Shown piece after piece: positions 30,108-39,700 of a stretch of DNA of 53,690 nucleotides (position 1 is its first letter; every line of letters begins with the position of its first letter). The stretch comes from an uncultured Planctomycetales bacterium (GTDB lineage: Bacteria > Planctomycetota > UBA1135 > CAZMYG01): positions 7,740 to 61,429 of the forward strand of contig CAZMYG010000003.1 of the NCBI GenBank assembly GCA_964570465.1, written 5' to 3'. A program made the position numbers and the translations under genes. Under the pieces are notes generated by a model, which saw only the letters and a list, made by a program, of their open reading frames with translations, ran no database searches and had not been told where the DNA came from.

Positions 30108-30986
30108 ATGCGAAAAGCCCGACTCATCGTCAACCCAATCTCTGGCAGTGGAAAAGGAAAGTCCCTGGCACCGCTGATTTTGCGTGCCCTGGAGCGGCAA
30201 GGAATGCAGGGAGAAATACGATTCACGGAGAGTTCAGATGCGGCTGCGCAGGAAGCGGCAAGTGTGGAAAGCGACGTCGACGTGGTCGTAGCTGCCGGAG
30301 GTGATGGAACTTTGAATGCCGTGTTGGGAGGACTCAAGCAACAGATTCCGGTGGCGTTGTTTCCTCTGGGCACGGCGAATGTGCTTGCTTTGGAATTGAA
30401 TTTGCCGACAAAGCCTGACGCCTTTGCGCAGATGCTGCTAAAAGGGAAAACCTGTTCAATCGACACGATGCGTGCGAACGGACGAGTGGGCTTTTTCTCA
30501 CTCGGCGTGGGTTTCGACGGAATGATGATTGAAGATTTGCATCTTCATCGGCGCGGTAGTATTCGGAAATTGTCTTATTTGCCTGTGCTCTGGCGCTGCT
30601 TCTGGAAATATCGCACTCCGCGTTTGCGAGTGATTGCGGATGGGCAAATTTTCGAAAATTTGTCTCTCGCATTAGTGGCCAATACGAAACATTACGCGGG
30701 CAATGTCTTTTCTCTGTCAGATCAAAGACAGTTGGACGATGGGCTCTATGAATGCTATCTCTTTGCAGGCGCCGGACGCGTTTCGCTACTGCGTTATTTG
30801 TTCCAAGGAGTCGCGCGACGGCTAGCCAGCGGCAGGGATCCAAAGATTGTGAAAGCGAAGAAAATTCGCATCGAGTCGATGGATTCCGATTTTGCGGTAC
30901 CCTTTCAAATCGATGGAGAGTTTGGGGGAACGACACCAGTTGAACTCGAAGTCATTCCTAACGGGATGCAAATTGTGATTCCATGA
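30108..30986 (+). CDS. Diacylglycerol/lipid kinase family protein
   Basis: NPISGSG, AGGDGTLN, PLGTANV and QIDGE motifs. Confidence 0.9.
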   Translation: MRKARLIVNPISGSGKGKSLAPLILRALERQGMQGEIRFTESSDAAAQEAASVESDVDVVVAAGGDGTLNAVLGGLKQQIPVALFPLGTANVLALELNLPTKPDAFAQMLLKGKTCSIDTMRANGRVGFFSLGVGFDGMMIEDLHLHRRGSIRKLSYLPVLWRCFWKYRTPRLRVIADGQIFENLSLALVANTKHYAGNVFSLSDQRQLDDGLYECYLFAGAGRVSLLRYLFQGVARRLASGRDPKIVKAKKIRIESMDSDFAVPFQIDGEFGGTTPVELEVIPNGMQIVIP

Positions 30987-31792
30987 AAATTGAAATTGGA
31001 AATTTGACACTAGACGGAAAGAAGTTGTTCTTAATCGCAGGACCTTGTGTGATTGAGAGCGAGAAATTTGCTTTGGAGACGGCGAAGAAACTGCGCGATA
31101 TCGCGGCAAAACGCAAAATCCCTTTCATCTACAAATCCTCCTATGACAAAGCCAATCGCTCTTCGGGAAAATCCTTCCGCGGCGTGGGACTGAAAGCGGG
31201 TTTGGAGATTTTGAACAATGTGCGGGACAAGGTTGGCGTTCCCGTGTTGACCGATGTCCATCAACCTTTTGAAGCCGTAGAAGCAGGCAAAGTTGTCGAC
31301 TGTTTGCAGATTCCGGCATTTCTCTGTAGACAAACGGATTTGCTGCTCGCCGCTGGGGAAAGCGGAGTCGCCGTCAATGTGAAAAAGGGGCAGTTTCTCT
31401 CTCCCGAAGAAATGAAAAACGTCGTCGAGAAAGTCGCCTCAACCGGGAATGAAAATATCCTGCTCACCGAACGCGGCACTTTTTTTGGTTATGGTCGTCT
31501 TGTCGTCGACATGACCACAATTCCCATCATGCAGAAATTTGGCGTGCCTGTCGTGATCGACGCTACTCATGCAGTGCAGCGTCCCGGCGGGCTCGGCGAT
31601 CGCACGGGCGGGGACCGAACACTAGCTCCTTATATTGCCAAGGCCGCAGTCGCAGTCGGTTGTGATGGCGTGTTTGCCGAAGTACATCCCAATCCCGACA
31701 AAGCCCCAAGCGATGGTCCCAATATGATTCGCATGCAGGATTTGCCAAAAATCCTCGATCAACTTCTCGCGATTCGCAAAGCCATTGCCTAG
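30983..31792 (+). CDS. kdsA: 3-deoxy-8-phosphooctulonate (KDO8P) synthase
   Basis: IAGPCVIES, KSSYDKANRSS, QIPAFLCRQTD, KKGQF, DATHAVQ and SDGPN motifs. Confidence 0.96.
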   Translation: MKIEIGNLTLDGKKLFLIAGPCVIESEKFALETAKKLRDIAAKRKIPFIYKSSYDKANRSSGKSFRGVGLKAGLEILNNVRDKVGVPVLTDVHQPFEAVEAGKVVDCLQIPAFLCRQTDLLLAAGESGVAVNVKKGQFLSPEEMKNVVEKVASTGNENILLTERGTFFGYGRLVVDMTTIPIMQKFGVPVVIDATHAVQRPGGLGDRTGGDRTLAPYIAKAAVAVGCDGVFAEVHPNPDKAPSDGPNMIRMQDLPKILDQLLAIRKAIA

Positions 31793-34074
31793 CGTTTTCC
31801 GGACAGCGATTGCGCGGTGCGAACCAGACTGATGAACTCCGCGCGATAGCCAGAAGCATCCTGCCCGCGACTTTTCTCTGCGATTCGCAGAATGTCATCG
31901 AAAGAGAGCTCCATTCTCTGAGAAGAGTCTTGCAGAATCATGCCAAAGGCAGCGACTGAAGCTGCGAAACGAAGATTGTTCGAAGCGCTTTCAAATTTGT
32001 TCTCATAGGGTTTCAGCGCCTGAGTCAACAACTTGCTGCTGTCATCCTGAGGATTTTTGTATCGGACTTTCAGAGTCAACACTTCGCGATTTTGTGTGAA
32101 GGAAGATTCTTGCGGAGTATGAGCTCTCCATGGCTGATTCGCTTGGTATTTGAGCGGATCGATATCAGGTCGCACGAGATCTGCGCGTGCGGGAACGAGT
32201 TCGTAAAGAGCAGTGACTGAATGGCCGGCGCCCATTTCTCCTGCGTCTTTTTGATCGTCATTGAAATCACGCGCCGCGAGCGCCCGATTCTCATAGCCGA
32301 TCAATCGATAAGCACCAACCTGCGCGGGGTTGAATTCAATTTGAATTTTTACATCCTTGGCAATAGTTTGCAGCGTAGCGCTCGCTTCATTGAACAGAGC
32401 TTTGCGAGCTTCTTGGAAAGTATCGATGTAGGCGTAATGGCCGTTGCCTTTATCCGCCAGAGTTTCCAAGCGATCATCCTTGAGATTTCCGATTCCAAAG
32501 CCAAACACGCTGAGAAAAATGTTTCGCTTGCTTCTTTCTTGTATGTATTGAACGAGCTCGTTTGTGTCGGTGATGCCGACATTGAAATCTCCATCGGTAG
32601 CGAGAATCACGCGGTTGATTCCATTTTGCTGCTGGAAATTTGCCGCCATGTCATAGGCCATTTGAATTCCTGCTCCACCATTTGTTCCGCCGCCGGCTTG
32701 GAGTTGCTCGAGCACTTCAAGAATCACTTCCTTCCTTTCACAGGAAGTCGAAGGCAAGGCAATCGCTGCGCTATTGGCGTAGGTCACGATTCCCACTCGG
32801 TCCTGAGTATTCAGTGTTTGAACCAACTCTTTCATCGCGGATTTCAGCAATGGGAGTCTGTTGGCTGGCGCCATCGATCCTGAAACATCGATTAGGAAAA
32901 CCAAATTGCAGGGCGCGCGACGCTCCTTCTCGATTTTCTTTGCTTGAATGCCAACGAGCAGAATTTGGTTGTTGGAGTTCCAGGGGCAGCGTGCCGTCTC
33001 GACATTGACCGACATGGGATGCTCGCCCATGGGTGAGAGATAGTCATAAGAGAAGTAATTCAGCATCTCTTCAATGCGCACAGCTTGTTTTGGAGGTAAG
33101 GATCCTTGATTCAAGAAGCGGCGGATATTGCTGTAAGAAGCGGTGTCGACATCGACGGAGAAAGTTGACAGTGGATCCTGCATCACAGAACGAAATTGGT
33201 TTTCCGGAGATGATTGATAGGACTCGGAGCCAGGATTTTCAATTTGGCGCGGAGGAATCATGTCGATTGGTCCTGCATATATTCCATCAGGTCGTGGACC
33301 AGCGTTATGAGGGCCAGCAGGTGCAGAGTATCCCGATGTAGCCCCGGCCCTTGGCTTTGAGCCTTTCCTTACTGGCATGTTATGCCGAACGCGGAAGGAT
33401 CCTTTAAAGTGTCCAGTAGTTTTGCCAGAGCCCTGACCCAGTCCAATGACCTCTTCTTCTGAATTTTGATCCTGGACGCTTTCTGTCTGGGCTCCTACTG
33501 AGTCAAACCTAGTTGCGGTAGCGAACTCATCAGGGTTGCCTGGGACTTCTGAATTGTCTCCAGAAACCAATGTCTGCGGCGCAGCGCCCATTTCTAGCTC
33601 CGGGGCAATGGGGATTGGAGCCGCTTCAATTGTTTGTATCGAAATGATTTGCTCCGGATTCGGTTGTCGATGTTCGGCTAAAAAAATCGGAGTGCTATTT
33701 GGGGTGGTTTGCGCAACGACCTGCTCCGCTTCGCGAATCGAAGATTCCGTCGCGACGAAATAAACGCCTGCACTAATCGCGAAAAGTGCAGTCGCCGCAA
33801 AAGAGAGAGACATCCACGGGATTCGATGTTTCTTCGTGCGCGAAGTTTCATGTAAAGCAATTTCTACCGCCAAGCGATTGATTTCCGCCAACTCCGGTCG
33901 CGCTTCCTGTTGAAACTCACTTTGCAGCAAAGCCGTCGTCGCGTGTATTTCCTCAAGTTCCGCTTGGCAGGATTTGCAATCTCGCAAATGCAAGGAGAAC
34001 TCAGCCTGTTCTTCCGCCGTTAATTCCCCGAATGAATAATCCGCCCAATTGTTTTCGAATCGTTCACAATTCAT
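31789..34074 (-). CDS. Anti-sigma (zf-HC2)-TM-vWA fusion protein (YfbK-like)
   Basis: Start at MNCERF (ATG 34074). HLRDCKSC zinc motif, TM helix, STFSVDVDTASY, MIDAS DVSGSM, LATDGDFNVG, YRLIGYENR. Confidence 0.88.
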   Translation of the reverse strand: MNCERFENNWADYSFGELTAEEQAEFSLHLRDCKSCQAELEEIHATTALLQSEFQQEARPELAEINRLAVEIALHETSRTKKHRIPWMSLSFAATALFAISAGVYFVATESSIREAEQVVAQTTPNSTPIFLAEHRQPNPEQIISIQTIEAAPIPIAPELEMGAAPQTLVSGDNSEVPGNPDEFATATRFDSVGAQTESVQDQNSEEEVIGLGQGSGKTTGHFKGSFRVRHNMPVRKGSKPRAGATSGYSAPAGPHNAGPRPDGIYAGPIDMIPPRQIENPGSESYQSSPENQFRSVMQDPLSTFSVDVDTASYSNIRRFLNQGSLPPKQAVRIEEMLNYFSYDYLSPMGEHPMSVNVETARCPWNSNNQILLVGIQAKKIEKERRAPCNLVFLIDVSGSMAPANRLPLLKSAMKELVQTLNTQDRVGIVTYANSAAIALPSTSCERKEVILEVLEQLQAGGGTNGGAGIQMAYDMAANFQQQNGINRVILATDGDFNVGITDTNELVQYIQERSKRNIFLSVFGFGIGNLKDDRLETLADKGNGHYAYIDTFQEARKALFNEASATLQTIAKDVKIQIEFNPAQVGAYRLIGYENRALAARDFNDDQKDAGEMGAGHSVTALYELVPARADLVRPDIDPLKYQANQPWRAHTPQESSFTQNREVLTLKVRYKNPQDDSSKLLTQALKPYENKFESASNNLRFAASVAAFGMILQDSSQRMELSFDDILRIAEKSRGQDASGYRAEFISLVRTAQSLSGKR

Positions 34075-34621
34075 TGGAGTCACTCCTAGGGTTTGGGGAG
34101 AGTAAATTCTTCGCCCGAAGTTTTTCCCGTAAGTTTTTAAGCCCGACATGCACGAGTACACCGACATAGGAAATCGAGTGATTGGTGACTTCACTGATCT
34201 GTCGGTAACTAAATCCCTCTTGCAGTTTGAGCCTCAGAACCTGTTGTTGGATTTGCGGCAAGCTCTCGAGCGCTTGGAGAATCTGAGAAGCCGTTTCATT
34301 TCGCTCGAGCGTGAGATGTGGTTCATCTGGACTTGCCGTTTCCGCTTCGGCGCTTTTCTTTTCTAGACTCTTCATGCGTCTTTCCTGTCTTTGCAAATCA
34401 AAGGCGCGACTCCGACACACTGCGAAGAGCCAACCCGCATCGTGGTTTTGTTCCGGATCTGTGCGCTGCTCGCAATATCGGATGAAGGTTTCCTGCACCG
34501 CATCGCGAGCGAGCTCTGGATCCCGAATTAGCCGAGCTGCATAGCGCAGAAGAGGCGTTTCAAAACGCCGCATCAACGCACGCACTCGTTCGGGCTGGCT
34601 CATTCCTTCCTGTGTCGTCAT
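34064..34621 (-). CDS. ECF sigma-70 factor
   Basis: Region 2 ARDAVQETF..WLFAVCRSRAFD; region 4 LESLP..QQVLRL..GFSYRQIS. Overlaps the anti-sigma start. Confidence 0.9.
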   Translation of the reverse strand: MTTQEGMSQPERVRALMRRFETPLLRYAARLIRDPELARDAVQETFIRYCEQRTDPEQNHDAGWLFAVCRSRAFDLQRQERRMKSLEKKSAEAETASPDEPHLTLERNETASQILQALESLPQIQQQVLRLKLQEGFSYRQISEVTNHSISYVGVLVHVGLKNLREKLRAKNLLSPNPRSDSNEL

Positions 34622-34647
34622 CGCAAATGTCGCTAAAACAAGGAAAA

Positions 34648-34673
34648 GACGTTTGTGAACGAGAGTTTCTTAG
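34648..34673 (-). promoter_or_regulatory. Candidate autoregulatory ECF promoter
   Basis: Minus strand CTAAG-N17-CGTC just upstream of the ECF gene, resembling the generic ECF AAC-N16/17-CGT layout. Confidence 0.35.
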
Positions 34674-34782
34674 TGAAAAAATGTGGGCAAGTTACGAGAA
34701 GAAACGAAGGGACAGAATTAAAGGTTTTTAAGTTGTTGCAGTGTATGGATTAGTGGAAGCCAAGAAACGGAGCTTGTCTGCT

Positions 34783-35079
34783 TTATTTATCTTTGATTTT
34801 AGAGACGAAATCTTCAGGTAGTTCGGAAAGCGGCGTCCAGTACACAGTGGTGTTCGCTCCAAAAATTCCAATAGCATTCCAATACTGCAAATAGGCGCGA
34901 TCCCATGACGCGCCGATTACTTGCGCGTTCTGTGCCGAGTTGCCTTGGCTGGCTCTAGAGAGTTCCATGAATTCTTGAGCATTCACTTTGCGTAGACTCG
35001 AACAGCCTGCCAACAATAGAACAGCAAGTAGAAGAATTGCGATCGACAATCCCAGCCAAATCGTTTTGTGTTTCAGCAT
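34783..35079 (-). CDS. Small hypothetical lipoprotein
   Basis: Hydrophobic signal with LAGC lipobox; AAGGAG RBS. Confidence 0.75.
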   Translation of the reverse strand: MLKHKTIWLGLSIAILLLAVLLLAGCSSLRKVNAQEFMELSRASQGNSAQNAQVIGASWDRAYLQYWNAIGIFGANTTVYWTPLSELPEDFVSKIKDK

Positions 35080-35090
35080 GTGTACTCCTT

Positions 35091-36407
35091 TTAGCGGCTA
35101 CAAATTTCCTCAACTTCTTTCACAGACTTGGCGATTCCCTTGGTCAAATTTTCATAACCTGTTTTGGTAACGAGAATGTCGTCTTCGATGCGAACGCCGA
35201 TACCGTGGAATTCTTTGTGAACGCCCTCGGCGCCTTCTTCTATATATAGACCGGGCTCTACAGTCAGAACCATGCCTGGCTCGAGGGGACGAGACTTTTG
35301 TCCTTCGCGATAGTAACGACCCGCATCGTGTACATCTAAACCGAGCCAATGTCCTGCGCGATGCATATAAAAACGTGTATAGGCGCTGGACTCGATGAGC
35401 TTCTCAACTTTTCCTTTTAATAGTCCAAGCTCGACCATGAGCTCGGTAAGGCGACGTACAGAGTGATCGTGTATGGCGTGGAAAAGAGTTCCTGGTTTCA
35501 CCATCTCCATACATTCGATTTGAACCTGAAGAACGGCTTCGTAAACGGCCTTTTGCGCTTTGGTGTATTTCCCACTGACGGGAAATGTGCGAGTGACATC
35601 GGCAGCGTAATAGTTGAACTCTGCGCCTGCATCGACGAGTAATAAATCACCTTTCGCCATGCGCCGATCATTTTGTGTGTAATGCAAAATCGTGGCATTC
35701 GCGCCACTCGCCACAATCGAACCATAGGCCCAACCGTTTGCACCCAGGCGGCGGAAGTTGTAATCGAGTAACGCTTCCATTTCATATTCGTAAACACCAG
35801 GACGTCCTTCTTTCATCACTTGATGATGCGCTTCCTTGGTTATTTTCGCGGCTTTGCGCATCCAGTCGATTTCGGTTTCTGTTTTATGAAGGCGCATTTC
35901 GTGAACGAGAGTGGTGGGGTCGATCACTTCGGTGGGTGTGGTCACGCCAGCGCGAATTTGTGTGCGGAGTTTTTCGAACCACTTAGGCAATTTCTCGTCG
36001 AGCTCGCGATCTTTTCCGATTTTGTAATAGATGCGTTTGGCGCCTTTGAGCAGTTTCACAATTTCTTCATCGAATTTCTCAATTTCGAAGGCTTCTTCCG
36101 CGCCGAACTCTTTCTTCGCGCCTTCCACGCCGAAACGTCGACCTGTCCAAATTTCCTGGGTCTTATTGCGAGCTTGCACGAAAAGCAGATAGCGAGTTTT
36201 AGATCCCGACTTGATCAGCACCGCAACGGAATGGGGCTCACAAAATCCTGTCAGATAGAAAAAATCGCTGTCGGGACGATAGCGATGTTCCACTTCCCAA
36301 TTCCTGGTTAAAACCGGTGCCGCCGGAAAGATGGCAACGCCATCCTCGATCAAATCGAAAAAACGTTTACGATTTGCGGCGAAGAATTTGTTTTCGTTTT
36401 TAGGCAT
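35091..36407 (-). CDS. pepP: Xaa-Pro aminopeptidase (M24B)
   Basis: DFFYLTGF, ILHY, DAGAE..YAADVTRT, GHWLGLDVHD, TVEPGLY and GVRIEDD motifs. Confidence 0.95.
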   Translation of the reverse strand: MPKNENKFFAANRKRFFDLIEDGVAIFPAAPVLTRNWEVEHRYRPDSDFFYLTGFCEPHSVAVLIKSGSKTRYLLFVQARNKTQEIWTGRRFGVEGAKKEFGAEEAFEIEKFDEEIVKLLKGAKRIYYKIGKDRELDEKLPKWFEKLRTQIRAGVTTPTEVIDPTTLVHEMRLHKTETEIDWMRKAAKITKEAHHQVMKEGRPGVYEYEMEALLDYNFRRLGANGWAYGSIVASGANATILHYTQNDRRMAKGDLLLVDAGAEFNYYAADVTRTFPVSGKYTKAQKAVYEAVLQVQIECMEMVKPGTLFHAIHDHSVRRLTELMVELGLLKGKVEKLIESSAYTRFYMHRAGHWLGLDVHDAGRYYREGQKSRPLEPGMVLTVEPGLYIEEGAEGVHKEFHGIGVRIEDDILVTKTGYENLTKGIAKSVKEVEEICSR

Positions 36408-36410
36408 GGA

Positions 36411-36629
36411 ATGAATCCCACTCCGGAAGAACTTTTAGAAGAATTAATCGCTCAACAGCGAAAGAAGTTACTCGCCTTGGCCAATCGAATCAATCCGCGT
36501 CTTACGGCGGACGATATTGCCCAGCCTCATGACTGGCCCGAGCTTGCGAGCGATGCGCAGTTTCAATATGAAGACGGCATTCTTGCTGGACTACTTGCTG
36601 CGCAAGTTGCATTGCGCCGTAAGCCGTAG
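36411..36629 (+). CDS. Small hypothetical protein (72 aa)
   Basis: Protein-like helical sequence (PHDWPEL...FQYEDGILAGL) filling the gap between pepP and the S8 protease. Its stop codon lies in the palindrome. Confidence 0.7.
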   Translation: MNPTPEELLEELIAQQRKKLLALANRINPRLTADDIAQPHDWPELASDAQFQYEDGILAGLLAAQVALRRKP

Positions 36630-36712
36630 GGACACTCGTTATATTGTCGGGTTCTCTGACGCAGCTTTGCCGCGTCAGAGAACCCGACAATATAACGAGT
36701 GTCCCTACGGCT
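36622..36712. repeat. Perfect palindrome (41-bp arms, 9-nt centre); copy 2 of the GGGACACTCGTTA hairpin family
   Basis: AGCCGTAGGGACACTCGTTATATTGTCGGGTTCTCTGACGC-AGCTTTGCC-exact reverse complement. Confidence 0.97.
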
Positions 36713-36725
36713 CCACGTCCCGCCC

Positions 36726-39700
36726 CTAGGGTAAATCCACGTAGTAAATATCCCCATTCGAAATGCCCGCCCTGCGATCATCCCAAACAATGCGATTGCC
36801 AGAAATCGAGGTTGCGTACTGTTCTGCGCTATCGCGAGTGATGGGGATTTCGAGATTGAGTTCGAGATCGTAGAGATACACGTCCGGGTTGTAATGTCGG
36901 TTATCGGTCCAAATGATGCGATGTCCGTTAATTTTTGGATTTGTCTGGTCCGCAGTACTGGAAGTGATTTGTCTTTCTTCGCCCGTGACAAGATTCATCC
37001 AGTAAATATCCCAATTCCCATTTCTCTTGTCTTGCCAAACCACATAGTCGCCAGAAATATCGGGACGCTGTTGCAAAAAAGGATCGACGACGAGAGGAAT
37101 TTCTTGGCCACTGCTGATTTCATAGAGATAGATATCGCGATTTCCATTTCGCAAGTCTTCCCAAACCACTCGATTCCCATCGATTGCAGGAGCAAAAAGA
37201 TCTCCTGGGTCCGCGGTGATTTTCTGAGCCACTCTAGTTGGGATGTGATAGAGCGTTAGCTCGGGACTCTCATCGTAAATTCCTCGAAACACGACATAGT
37301 CGCCGGAGATAACCGGACTTGATTCCTGTTGAGGATCAAATGCCAACGGAATCGACATTTCCGTTTCTAGATCAACGAGATAAACATCGCCCCACTCCGT
37401 TCGCGAATTGAATTGCTTATATACCACGCGGTTGCCAGAAATGTCCGGATCAAAATAGGAACTCTCATCCGCATTGGTCAATCGATGAGAAATGCCATCA
37501 ACCAAATTGAGGTAATAGACATTCCAAGTGTCAGTTCCTAATTGAGAATACACAATTCTCTCTCCATCGAGCACGGGATCGGTTTGAAAAAGTGGATCGA
37601 CCAAAGCTGCGCGAATATTTTCCACGAAAACAGGACGTTCTTTTTCAAAGACAGCGCCTTGAGTGGTTTGAATTTGTAATTTCAATCGGTAAGGTCCGTT
37701 GTCGAGTGAGCCAATATTCCACTGCGCGAGAGAGGCATTAACTACAGGTGAAGAAGAAACAGCAGAAATTGGAACCCACTGAGCTGGACCGAAATCGCGG
37801 GTGTAGAAAAGCTGATAACTCGCGAAATCTCCTCCTGTTGCAATTCCTTGAATCGAGACGCTTTGATCGGGGGCGCGCAACAACGCATCGTTCAAAGGGG
37901 AGAGAATTTCAAAATCGATTCGCTGAAGTTGAACTTGTTGAATGCTTTGCGTTTGCAAGCCGTCTTGTGAGTTGAGCACGAGTTTAAGTTCGTAGTTTCC
38001 CGTCGGGAGATCAAAAATTTCCCAGTTAGCCAACAGCTGATTCAATACGGGTGTCGTTTCCACCAAGCTGAACGGAGACCAAGGCTCTTCTCCTCTACGA
38101 TAGTAAACTTGCCAATTGGAAAGAGAATCTCCTGCAACGGTGCCAAAGACAGGAACCCAATTATGTTCCGGGTTCAACAAAGAGTTGGCCTGTGGACTGG
38201 CGAGATTCGCGACGAGCGGCGTTACGCTTTCATCAATCTTCAAAAACACATCGAAGTTTCCGTTTCGATAGTCCGTCCAAACAATGCGATTGCCCCAAAT
38301 CTTTGGACTCGTCTGTGATGCTGGATGTGCAGATAGGGCACGCGTTTCTTCTGAAAGCAAATCGTAGAGATAGACATCTTCATTGCCATCGCGGCGATCA
38401 ATCCAAACCACGCGATTTCCAAAAATGGATGGTTCATCTTGTAGCGCCGCTTCAGTCGTAAGCCTTTTCTCTTCTCGCGTGATTAGATCGTGGAGATAAA
38501 TATCCCAATTTGTATCGGCGCCTGAAGGATTTCGTGTATCCGTCCAGACAATCCAATTACCCCAGATCTTTGGACCTTTTTGCGATGCCGGATGATTCGT
38601 GATTCGTTTCTGTTCGTGATTGATAAAGTCGTAAAAGTAGATTTCGGCATCGCCGTGTCGGTAATCGGTCCACACGAGCTTGTTTTCATAGATCGCAGGG
38701 CCAGATTGTTCGGCAGGGTCTGCGGTGATTTGAGCCTGAATGCCATTCACTAAGTTATGTAGATAAATATCCGCGTTGCCATTTCGGAAATCGGTCCAAG
38801 CGACGTAATTGCCCCAAATTACTGGAGCCGTTTGATCGGCAGAGTTGAAAGTAAGTCTGCGTTCTTGCCCGGTGCTGAGATCTTTCGAATAGATTTCCCA
38901 ATTCCCGTGACGCTTGTCTTGCCAGACAACGCGATTCTCCCAGATTGCAGGAGCATAGGAACTTCCTAGCGTTAGCGATTGAGTCGTTTGTGAGTTTGAG
39001 TCGAACATCGTTACTGCGGTGTTGAGAGGATTGCCATTCACCGCGTTGACCCACACCACGCGCTCGCCCCAAATCGCTGGCGCCCATTCCCATTCCGTGC
39101 TCGGAGTAATCTGTTGAATGTTGCGTTCGAGATAAATTTGAACCTGATCTAAATACTGCAGGCCATCTTGCTGTGCCACGCGAAGACGAATTCGATAGAC
39201 ACCGGTTTCTAATCCGGAAACATCGAAATAGCCCAAGACTCCAGACTCGACAGGATTTACGGAGACTTCGCCTAGAGCTGTCCAGGTATTGAGATCGTCC
39301 ACGTTTGCATAGTCCAGTTGATATTGAGCAAAGTCTGCTCCGCTCGCACTGCCCATGACAGGAATCGATGCATCGAGAGAACTCCAATTTGAAGCGGAAG
39401 CAGGGCTTTGGATTTTGACATGCAAAACAGATTGCACTTCTAGGGCTCGTTTTAAATTGAGCCTCCCCGAACCGGTGTTTTCATCGAAGCCTGTAACATC
39501 GGTGTCGTCCGCAGAAATACGTAGGACTTGACGGATTTCGTCATTCGAAAAATCCGGACGATGCGAACGAATCACCGCCGCTGCTCCGGCCACATGTGGA
39601 CAGGCCATGCTAGTACCTCGCGCGCGGAAATATTCTTCCTGCAAAACCATTTCCCCTGCCCAACTTTCTCCACAGATGGCATACATGTCGATACCGCTTG

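Noticed and set aside
34075-34194. 40-aa N-terminal extension of the vWA protein overlapping the ECF gene
   Set aside because: The anti-sigma domain begins at MNCERF (34074); the extension is an ORF-calling artefact.
16858-36712. Palindromes as CRISPR repeats or intrinsic terminators
   Set aside because: Single dispersed copies with no spacers or cas genes; stems far longer than terminators and without U-tracts.
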